Notes under the pieces: model-generated
Database searches by the model: none
Told to the model about the DNA's origin: nothing
What the model saw: the letters and a program-made list of their open reading frames with translations, nothing else
Translations under genes and position numbers: made by a program
From: an uncultured Gemmatimonadota bacterium
Lineage (GTDB): Bacteria > JAAXHH01
NCBI GenBank assembly: GCA_951812955.1
Contig: OX638340.1
Location: 416,001 to 480,000 of the forward strand
Direction: 5' to 3'
Length of the DNA stretch: 64,000 bases
In this document: one piece after another, positions 56,946 through 64,000 of the stretch
How the letters are laid out: each line of letters opens with the position of its first letter
Numbering within the stretch: position 1 is the first letter of the stretch

Positions 56946-59036
56946 ATGGAAAGCAATCCACTGCTGAACTGGAACGACCTGCCCTCCTTCGACCAGATCG
57001 AAATCGGTCATATCGAACCGGGCATCCATGCGGTGCTTGAACGATGCGAACGGTCCGTAGTCCGTCTCGAGGAAACAGCGCCGTGCACCTGGCACGCGCT
57101 CATGGACCCGCTCGAGAAAATAGAAGACGACCTGGGACGCACATGGGGCATCGTGTCCCACCTCCACGGGGTGAAGAACTCACCTGAACTGCGGGAGGTC
57201 TACGACCCCCTGCTTGCTGAAGTGGTCAAGTTCAGCAACCGGCTCGGCCAAAGCGGACCCCTGTACCAGGCGTTCTGCGCCTTGCGGGACAGTGACGAAG
57301 CAAAGCAATTCGAACCCGCGCAGGAGCGTATACTGGCGTCGGCTATCCACGAAGCCGAGTTGAACGGCGTGGGGCTCGACGACGCGGGACGCGAACGCTA
57401 CAACGAGATCAGCGAACGGCTCGCGGAACTGAGCACGAAGTTTTCGAACAATGTCCTCGACGCCACCAAGGCCTACAGAATCACGCTGACAGAATCTGAA
57501 GAAGTCGACGGGCTTCCGGCTACCCTGCTCGAACTGGCAGCGGACACGGCCCGGCAGGAGGGACACGAACAGGCCACTTCGTCGGACGGTCCGTGGGTGC
57601 TCACGCTGGACTATCCCAGTTTCATGCCGTTCATGCAGCACAGCAAGCGACGGGACCTGCGGGAGCAAATGTACCGCGCCTTCGTTTCCAAGGCGTCGGA
57701 CGGACAGTGGGACAACCGGGATGTAGCCAGGGAGATCGTCGCCCTGAGGAACGACAAGTGCAGACTGCTCGGGTTTAATACCTTCGCGGAGTTGAGTCTC
57801 AGTCGGAAAATGGCGCCTGATGCGGGATCTGTGCGGGGCCTGCTCAACGAACTGAGCTCGGCGAGCCGCGGCGCCGCCAAACACGACATGGAGGCGCTCA
57901 AGGCGCTGGCAGGCGTCGAGAAAGACGGCGAACTGAGGCACTGGGACGTCCCCTACTGGTCGGAACGGCTTCGCGAGACGCGCTACGACCTGAAGGACGA
58001 AGAACTCAGACCCTATTTTCCGTTGCCCCGCGTGTTGAACGGATTGTTCGAACTCACGGAGCGGCTGTTCGAGGTGCGCCTGGAGGAGACGACCGGCGAA
58101 GCACCGGTATGGCATGAAGACGTACAGTACTTCCGGGTATACGACGATCGGAACGAACCCGTGGCGGGGTTCTACCTGGACCCGTACAGCCGTCCCGCGG
58201 AGAAGCAGGGCGGCGCGTGGATGGATACGCTGGTGGGCAGAAGCGCGGTCATGGCTTCCTCCGGACAGGCTGCCCGGCTGCCCGTGGCCTATATGATCTG
58301 CAACCAGGGTAAGCCCGTCGGCGGCAAACCCTCCCTCATGACGTTCCGGGAAGTGGAAACCCTTTTTCACGAGTTCGGCCACGCCCTCCAGCACATGTTG
58401 ACGAACATCGATTACGGCATGGCGTCCGGTATTTCCAACGTGGAATGGGACGCGGTGGAGATCGCCAGTCAGTTCATGGAAAACTGGTGTTACGACCGGG
58501 CGACGTTGAAAGGCCTGGCACGCCATTACGAGACGGACGAACCGCTGCCGGATGAAATCATCGATCGCCTGCTTGGCGCCAGGACGTTCCGGGAGGGCAG
58601 CAATACCCTCAGGCAGGTGAACTTCGGCCTGCTCGACATGGAGCTGCACGAAGGTTTCGATCCGGAGGGATCGGAGACCATCCTAGACGTGCAGCGCCGG
58701 ATCGATGCGCAGACGCTGATCCTGCCGTCGCTGGCGGAGGATCGGTTCTTCTGTTCGTTCTCCCACATTTTCGCGGGAGGTTACGCGGCAGGATACTATA
58801 GTTACAAGTGGTCGGAAGTGCTCAGTGCGGACGCCTTCTCCGCGTTCCAGGAAGCGGGTCTGGATAACGACGGGGAGATGCGTCGCCTGGGCCGCAGGTT
58901 CCGCGATACCATCCTCGCCCTCGGCGGCAGCCGGCATCCCATGGACGTCTTCAGAGATTTCCGCGGGCGGGAACCTACCACGGAAGCGCTGCTTCGCCAG
59001 GGCGGCCTTCTGGAGGCGGGCGGTGAAAGTCGCTGA
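56946..59036 (+). CDS. prlC: M3-family zinc metallopeptidase (oligopeptidase A type)
   Basis: 696 aa with the HEFGHALQH zincin motif and downstream Glu. The length and architecture match OpdA/PrlC. Confidence 0.85.
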   Translation: MESNPLLNWNDLPSFDQIEIGHIEPGIHAVLERCERSVVRLEETAPCTWHALMDPLEKIEDDLGRTWGIVSHLHGVKNSPELREVYDPLLAEVVKFSNRLGQSGPLYQAFCALRDSDEAKQFEPAQERILASAIHEAELNGVGLDDAGRERYNEISERLAELSTKFSNNVLDATKAYRITLTESEEVDGLPATLLELAADTARQEGHEQATSSDGPWVLTLDYPSFMPFMQHSKRRDLREQMYRAFVSKASDGQWDNRDVAREIVALRNDKCRLLGFNTFAELSLSRKMAPDAGSVRGLLNELSSASRGAAKHDMEALKALAGVEKDGELRHWDVPYWSERLRETRYDLKDEELRPYFPLPRVLNGLFELTERLFEVRLEETTGEAPVWHEDVQYFRVYDDRNEPVAGFYLDPYSRPAEKQGGAWMDTLVGRSAVMASSGQAARLPVAYMICNQGKPVGGKPSLMTFREVETLFHEFGHALQHMLTNIDYGMASGISNVEWDAVEIASQFMENWCYDRATLKGLARHYETDEPLPDEIIDRLLGARTFREGSNTLRQVNFGLLDMELHEGFDPEGSETILDVQRRIDAQTLILPSLAEDRFFCSFSHIFAGGYAAGYYSYKWSEVLSADAFSAFQEAGLDNDGEMRRLGRRFRDTILALGGSRHPMDVFRDFRGREPTTEALLRQGGLLEAGGESR

Positions 59037-59081
59037 GCGGCAGATTCAGCGTCTTCCTGGCCTACACCGGCGGGTTGCTCC

Positions 59082-60161
59082 ATGAAAGACTCCGTTCGCA
59101 TCGGCATGATCGGCGCCGGGCACATTGCGCATTCCCATGCGGAGGCCTGGCGGAAGGAAGCCTCGCTGACCGCGGTCGCCAGCCGCCGTATCGAAAGCGC
59201 CCGATCTCTGGCGGACCGGTATGGCATTCCCCACGTGTGCCGGGATGTCGACGAGTTGCTCAATCGCAGCGACGTCGACGCCGTCGGCATTACCACGCCC
59301 CATCACCTGCATCATCCAATCGCCCTGGCGGCCCTGAATGCCGGTAAGTCCGTATTCTCCGAGAAACCTCTCGCGATGAACGGGTCACAGGCACGGGAGA
59401 TGTGGCTCGCAGCCCGTCGCTACGGGGCAAAAACCGGTATCCAGTCGGGCCTTCGACTCTTTTCCGCGCTCCGGCTCCTGTCCCGATTGTTGCGGGACGG
59501 AACAGCCGGGAGAGTCCATACATTCGACGCCCACTGGTCCTTCGACTGGGCAAGGCAGCCCGATTTTCCGCTCACCTGGCGGTTCCGTCGGGCCGAAGCG
59601 GGCACCGGGGCCCTGGGCGATCTCGGGGTATACATGATCGACGCGGCCCGGTGGCTCGTCGGCGAGATATCGCAGGTGAATGCGGAACTGGCCTTGTACG
59701 TGACGCACCGTCCATTGCTCACCGCGGAAGATCATTTCGGTGAACTGCGTAGGAAGCACCGGGAAGGGGAACTGGATATCCCGCGCGAGACCGGGCAGGT
59801 GGAAAACGATGACGTCTGCCAGTTAATGCTGCGGTTCGAGAACGGAGCCCGTGGGTCGATCCGAGCCAGCAGGCTGCACCAGGAACATACCCTGCGCGTG
59901 GATTGCGAGCGGACTTCCTATTTCTGGCAGATGGAGGGCGGCGGAGACCTGATGGAACGGGCTTCGGACGACAAATACATGCCCGTATGGGTTCCTGCAA
60001 CGTCCCACGATGACAGCATCGTCACGACTTTTCTGGACAATATCCGACAGGACCGGGACGAGGCGCCCACCTTCCGTGATGGCCTGGCGGCCCAGCTTGT
60101 GATTGACGCGGCGGTAGAGTCGAACGACACAGGCAGGTGGGTTGAAGTTGAGCGAATCTAG
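59082..60161 (+). CDS. Gfo/Idh/MocA-family oxidoreductase
   Basis: MKDSVRIGMIGAGHIAHSHAEAW plus the EKP motif (VFSEKPLAMN). Confidence 0.8.
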   Translation: MKDSVRIGMIGAGHIAHSHAEAWRKEASLTAVASRRIESARSLADRYGIPHVCRDVDELLNRSDVDAVGITTPHHLHHPIALAALNAGKSVFSEKPLAMNGSQAREMWLAARRYGAKTGIQSGLRLFSALRLLSRLLRDGTAGRVHTFDAHWSFDWARQPDFPLTWRFRRAEAGTGALGDLGVYMIDAARWLVGEISQVNAELALYVTHRPLLTAEDHFGELRRKHREGELDIPRETGQVENDDVCQLMLRFENGARGSIRASRLHQEHTLRVDCERTSYFWQMEGGGDLMERASDDKYMPVWVPATSHDDSIVTTFLDNIRQDRDEAPTFRDGLAAQLVIDAAVESNDTGRWVEVERI

Positions 60162-60206
60162 GGACCTGGGGATGCTCCCGAAGTACGAAAAGCCGGTGAG
60201 TCGCCA

Positions 60207-60974
60207 ATGAATCTCGATTTCCTGCTTGTATCCGCTACGAATATTGAACAGGAGTCGATCCGTGCATCGATGAAAGTCGACGGAACGGATCGGCCCCAGG
60301 GGCGACCGTGGCACCTAGGCTCGTTGTCCGGAAAGTCGGTGCTCCTGATCGAGGGCGGCGTGGGACAGGTCAATACGGCCTCGGCCCTGACCCTGGCGCT
60401 GACACGCCATGAACCCGCTGTCATCCTGCAATTCGGTGTGGGCGGCGCATACTTGCGGTCAGGTCTCCGCGTCGGCGACCTCGCCGTCGCCACAGAGGAA
60501 TGGTACGGTGACACCGGCATCGTGACACCGGAGGGCTGGATGGATATGGAGCAGATGGGGTTTCCCATGCTCGCCGGCCGTACGGCCGTCCACGGAAAGA
60601 CGCCAGAGGAGCCCCTGTACAACAGGATACCGCTCGACGCAGCGCGAACGGAGAACATCCGGCAATGCCTCGCATCCGGATTGGAAGCCGAATCAGCACA
60701 CCAGACCGTGGCCGGTTCCTTCGTCACCGTGCAGCAATGCAGCGGCGTCCAGTCGGTCGGCGATACGCTGGCCGCCCGTTATGACGGAATATGTGAGAAC
60801 ATGGAAGGCGCGGCGGCAGCTCATGTAGCCGTGGCGAACGGCATTCCCTTTGTGGAAATCCGCGGCATCAGCAACCGGGTGGTCGACCGAGACCTGTCCG
60901 GCTGGGATCTGCCCCTGGCAATCCGCCGCTGCCAGCAGGCGGTGAAACTGATCATGGAACAGGGAGTCCAATGA
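60207..60974 (+). CDS. mqnB: Futalosine hydrolase (MTA/SAH-nucleosidase fold, PNP_UDP_1 family)
   Basis: 255 aa. The nucleosidase pattern (LLVSATNIE...GVGQVNTA...CENMEGAAAAH...EIRGISN) is present. It sits immediately upstream of mqnD. Confidence 0.65.
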   Translation: MNLDFLLVSATNIEQESIRASMKVDGTDRPQGRPWHLGSLSGKSVLLIEGGVGQVNTASALTLALTRHEPAVILQFGVGGAYLRSGLRVGDLAVATEEWYGDTGIVTPEGWMDMEQMGFPMLAGRTAVHGKTPEEPLYNRIPLDAARTENIRQCLASGLEAESAHQTVAGSFVTVQQCSGVQSVGDTLAARYDGICENMEGAAAAHVAVANGIPFVEIRGISNRVVDRDLSGWDLPLAIRRCQQAVKLIMEQGVQ

Positions 60975-61048
60975 CTGGGCGCGCGCTTAGCGGCTCTTTT
61001 CCAGGATATGTACTGCGTCTTCGATCCCGCATGTAAACAGGTAGCATC

Positions 61049-61876
61049 ATGACACCCCTTTCACTCGGGTACTCTCCCTGTCCGAACGATACGTTCATCT
61101 TCTGTGCCTTGACCCAGGGCAGGATTCCCGATGCGCCTCCTTGCCGTGAGGTATTGGAAGATATCGAGTCCCTGAATACCCTCGCTCTTGAGCGGAAACT
61201 GGACCTGACGAAAATTTCCTTTCACGCCCTGGCCCACCTCAGGGACCATTACGTCCTGCTCCGGTCCGGTGGGGCGCTGGGCCGGGGATGCGGCCCCCTG
61301 GTGGTTTCGAGAGAACCGTTGTCGCCGGAACGGTTGAAGGGAAAGAAAATCGCGCTGCCCGGACGCCTGACCACGGCGGCACTGCTAATGAGGCTTTTCG
61401 ATCCTGCCCTGGATCGACTGGTCTACCTTCCATTCGACGAGATCATGCCGGCCTGCGAACGCGGTGACGTCGACGCCGGGGTGATCATCCACGAAAGCCG
61501 GTTTACTTTCGCAGCATACGGCCTCTCGCAAGTGATCGACCTCGGAGCCTGGTGGGAGGAAGAGACCGGTCACCCGATACCCCTGGGAGGGATTCTCGCG
61601 CGGAGGGACCTGGGACGTTCGATGCACGAACGGCTCGACCGGTCGATACGATCGAGCATCGAATTCGCCTATGCCCATCCCTGTGAAGTCAGGCCCTATA
61701 TCAGGCGCTACGCCCAGGAAATGGATGAAACGGTCATGCAGCAACACATCGATCTCTACGTGAATGAGTACTCCCTGCAGTATGGAGAGGACGGGGAAGC
61801 TGCTATTCACGACCTGTACGCACGCGCCGAGGAAGCCGGTATCGTGCCTGCGTCGGGTCATTCACTGTACGAGTGA
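61049..61876 (+). CDS. mqnD: 1,4-dihydroxy-6-naphthoate synthase (futalosine-pathway menaquinone biosynthesis)
   Basis: The N-terminus LSLGYSPCPNDTFIF is the MqnD (VitK2_biosynth) hallmark. The protein is 275 aa. Confidence 0.8.
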   Translation: MTPLSLGYSPCPNDTFIFCALTQGRIPDAPPCREVLEDIESLNTLALERKLDLTKISFHALAHLRDHYVLLRSGGALGRGCGPLVVSREPLSPERLKGKKIALPGRLTTAALLMRLFDPALDRLVYLPFDEIMPACERGDVDAGVIIHESRFTFAAYGLSQVIDLGAWWEEETGHPIPLGGILARRDLGRSMHERLDRSIRSSIEFAYAHPCEVRPYIRRYAQEMDETVMQQHIDLYVNEYSLQYGEDGEAAIHDLYARAEEAGIVPASGHSLYE

Positions 61877-61953
61877 CGGCGCTTGCGCCAAGGGAAACCC
61901 GAGACGGTAATCCAGGTCTTGCGGGTGATCCGATATTATCGAAAGGAAGCAAC

Positions 61954-62766
61954 ATGCGAATACTGATCATGACGGACATGGAAGGGGTCAGCGGCATCGT
62001 GGCCTGGGACCAGGTAAACGGCGGCAAGCCCATGTACGAGGAGGGCAGGCGGCTGTATACAGAGGAGATCAACGCCGCCGTTCGGGGCGCACGGGCTGCG
62101 GGGGCAACGGAGATCGTGGTGGTCGACTGTCACGGCGCCGGGGGAGACTGGACCTTCAATTCGCTGGTGCCCGAGTTACTCGATCCCGGATGTGAATGGG
62201 TCGCGAAGCATCCCTGGTCGCGTTACACGGAGATGTTTGAAACGGGATGCGACGCCGCGCTTTTCGTCGGCATGCACGCCCGGGCGAACACCCCCGACGG
62301 CGTGATGTGTCACACGATCTCCACCACGGGCTGGCGCAGTTTGCATTTCAATGACGACGAGGTGGGTGAAGTCGGTATCAACGCCGCCCTGTGCGGTCAC
62401 TACGGGGTTCCCGTGCTGCTGGTCACCGGCGACGAGGCCGTTTGCCGGGAATCCCGGGAACTCCTGGGCGAGAATCTGCCGGTCGTGGCCGTGAAACGGG
62501 GTCTTTCAAGGTACTCGGCCAGGCAGATTCCCCCGGTGCGGGCTCGACAGATGATCGAGGACGGAACGCGGCAGGCGCTTCAGGACATGCCGAATATCAA
62601 TCCATACGTCCCAACGGCGCCCACGAAGATCACCATCGAATTGGACACCGTGGACAACGCATCACATCACAGGGGCAGGCAAGGAGTGTCGTTTCCCGAC
62701 CCCCTGACCGTCGTCAGCGAGGGCCGGGACTGGATGGAAGCCTGGAATCAGATCTGGGGCTGGTAG
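61954..62766 (+). CDS. M55-family D-aminopeptidase (DppA-like)
   Basis: ATG 61954 has an AAGGAAG RBS. MRILIMTDMEGVSGI is the canonical M55 N-terminus. Confidence 0.75.
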   Translation: MRILIMTDMEGVSGIVAWDQVNGGKPMYEEGRRLYTEEINAAVRGARAAGATEIVVVDCHGAGGDWTFNSLVPELLDPGCEWVAKHPWSRYTEMFETGCDAALFVGMHARANTPDGVMCHTISTTGWRSLHFNDDEVGEVGINAALCGHYGVPVLLVTGDEAVCRESRELLGENLPVVAVKRGLSRYSARQIPPVRARQMIEDGTRQALQDMPNINPYVPTAPTKITIELDTVDNASHHRGRQGVSFPDPLTVVSEGRDWMEAWNQIWGW

Positions 62767-62768
62767 TT

Positions 62769-62789
62769 GCTGGCCAGCCAGGTTTTTTC
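62769..62789. terminator. Weak candidate terminator between convergent M55 peptidase and sugar-phosphate isomerase genes
   Basis: A short palindrome ctggccagccagg is followed by tttttt. Confidence 0.3.
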
Positions 62790-62834
62790 AAACTGATCTT
62801 CGAAAACGCCCGTTAGCGCGACTATCCGAGATGC

Positions 62835-63653
62835 CTACAGCTGTTCCATCAGGTTACGGACGAACCGCAGGTCCGAACGGGCGAGATCGACGACCGTGTC
62901 CACGGGTTCTCCCCCATATTCACTATGCATGGTGACGGGCCCGTCGAATCCCTGGGCCTTCAGCGTGGCAAGGGTCGTTTTCCAGTCTCCGAATCCCGTA
63001 CCAAGACGGACCACGTCGACCTCCCACCGCCTCTCGCCGTCCCGGATCCGCTGCACACGTGCGAGGTCCTTGAAGGACATGACGGAAAGGTATTCCCTGA
63101 CGATGTTGAGCGCCATGTCGATCGGCTCCCCGCAGATGGACAGGTGTCCCACGTCCGCGAATACGCCGACGTGTGCGGGATCGAATCCCTGTACCACGTG
63201 CATGACTGCGGACGAATTCAGGCCCATGGAGTGCCCCGAATGGTTGTGTACGACCGTCTTTACACCCGTTTTCTCCGATAGGCGTTGAAATCCGTCCAGT
63301 TCCTTCCGCGCACGGTCCAGTTCCGTCCAGTAATCCGACCCCGGCGACCAGTGCCAGTACCCCAGCTTGATGTGCTTTACTCCGTTCTCGCCGCAGGCCT
63401 GGTAGTATTTCTCCGCGTAATCCAGCGTGGCCGTGGTGAAATCCCCCGGCGCGGTCACCAGTGGAATGGAAAGTCCAGCGTCTGAAAGCACCCGCGCGGC
63501 TTTCGGAAGGGCCCGGTCTATGTTGCCGGGATTCACCGGATAGCCGTCGCGCACGCACAGATCGGCGCCGGAAACGCCCACGCTCTGGACTTTCTCCGCT
63601 ATTTCCGATATAGTCAGGCCCTCGAGATGCTTTGTGAACATGATGAACTGCAT
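62835..63653 (-). CDS. Sugar phosphate isomerase/epimerase (xylose-isomerase-like TIM-barrel)
   Basis: 272 aa with an AP_endonuc_2-type TIM barrel pattern (VHNHSGHSMG...FADVGHL). Confidence 0.8.
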   Translation of the reverse strand: MQFIMFTKHLEGLTISEIAEKVQSVGVSGADLCVRDGYPVNPGNIDRALPKAARVLSDAGLSIPLVTAPGDFTTATLDYAEKYYQACGENGVKHIKLGYWHWSPGSDYWTELDRARKELDGFQRLSEKTGVKTVVHNHSGHSMGLNSSAVMHVVQGFDPAHVGVFADVGHLSICGEPIDMALNIVREYLSVMSFKDLARVQRIRDGERRWEVDVVRLGTGFGDWKTTLATLKAQGFDGPVTMHSEYGGEPVDTVVDLARSDLRFVRNLMEQL

Positions 63654-63784
63654 TAGTTAATTCCTCCATGAGTTTAGATGCGGGCAAAGTGAGGGACCCC
63701 CGGAAGGTGTCACGCCGCATGGATGAATCGGTACTCGAATGAAAGACGCTGATCGACTCCAATGTTCATTAACCTGCCGTGTAC

Positions 63785-64000
63785 TCAATACGATTCCCAT
63801 CGATGGGGTTGGTCCGGGAACCAGGCCAGGTCGACCCCCATGGCGACAAGTTGCCAGAACAGATAAGCGAGCAGGACGCCAATAAACATCCGTCGGACCT
63901 TCTGGTAAAGTGCCGGACCTCCAATGCGGAATACGATGGTCTGGACCAGCCACGCCAGGAAAATCGGCAAAAACGCGCTTCGCACCGGGGCGGACATGAC
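63785..64000 (-). CDS. Small hydrophobic membrane protein, partial (N-terminus may extend past the window end)
   Basis: 70+ aa with two predicted TM helices. No family is recognised. Confidence 0.3.
   Translation of the reverse strand, partial: VMSAPVRSAFLPIFLAWLVQTIVFRIGGPALYQKVRRMFIGVLLAYLFWQLVAMGVDLAWFPDQPHRWESY

Overview
This 64-kb window is a high-GC (about 60-65%), gene-dense segment of bacterial chromosome. It carries roughly 58 protein-coding genes and no rRNA, tRNA, CRISPR, transposase or integrase. I have no BLAST or HMM tools, so every product call rests on motifs and family resemblance read from the translations.

Recognisable content, in order:
- ilvB-ilvN-ilvC operon on the minus strand (ilvC truncated by the window start).
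- A TPR membrane protein, then a class-V aminotransferase.
- An operon of ECF sigma factor, zinc-finger/HEAT anti-sigma factor and a DUF4097 repeat protein.
- tatA.
- A SelW/Rdx-family selenoprotein gene whose in-frame TGA (Sec) codon split it in the ORF track.
- A co-oriented module of STAS protein, an 835-aa PHP-like protein and a BCCT transporter, convergent with a TonB-dependent receptor.
- A second pair: STAS protein plus SAM-dependent methyltransferase.
- A RibD-C/DHFR-family reductase behind a structured leader.
- Aldo/keto reductase and penicillin/AHL-acylase family protein.
- An accessory-looking catabolic block: three PhyH-family dioxygenases, sulfatase, 2-hydroxyacid dehydrogenase, ManD-family dehydratase, SDR, Gfo/Idh/MocA oxidoreductase, and a five-gene Opp/Dpp peptide ABC system.
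- A Tat-signal PLP aminotransferase.
- A frameshifted APH-family phosphotransferase.
- ECF sigma factor directly upstream of ftsH.
- AGCS symporter.
- A second, ATPase-less peptide ABC module.
- DsbA-like protein, MFS transporter, FMN hydroxy-acid dehydrogenase.
- M3 oligopeptidase.
- mqnB and mqnD (futalosine pathway).
- M55 D-aminopeptidase and a sugar-phosphate isomerase.

Unexplained sequence features:
- Short direct or tandem repeats that duplicate gene 3' ends (ilvN, the TPR gene, the aminotransferase).
- A 16-bp x4 operator-like array in a divergent promoter.
- A 9-bp x8 array inside the dpp operon.
- A 680-bp non-coding gap upstream of tatA.
- A leader-terminator structure upstream of the RibD-C gene.
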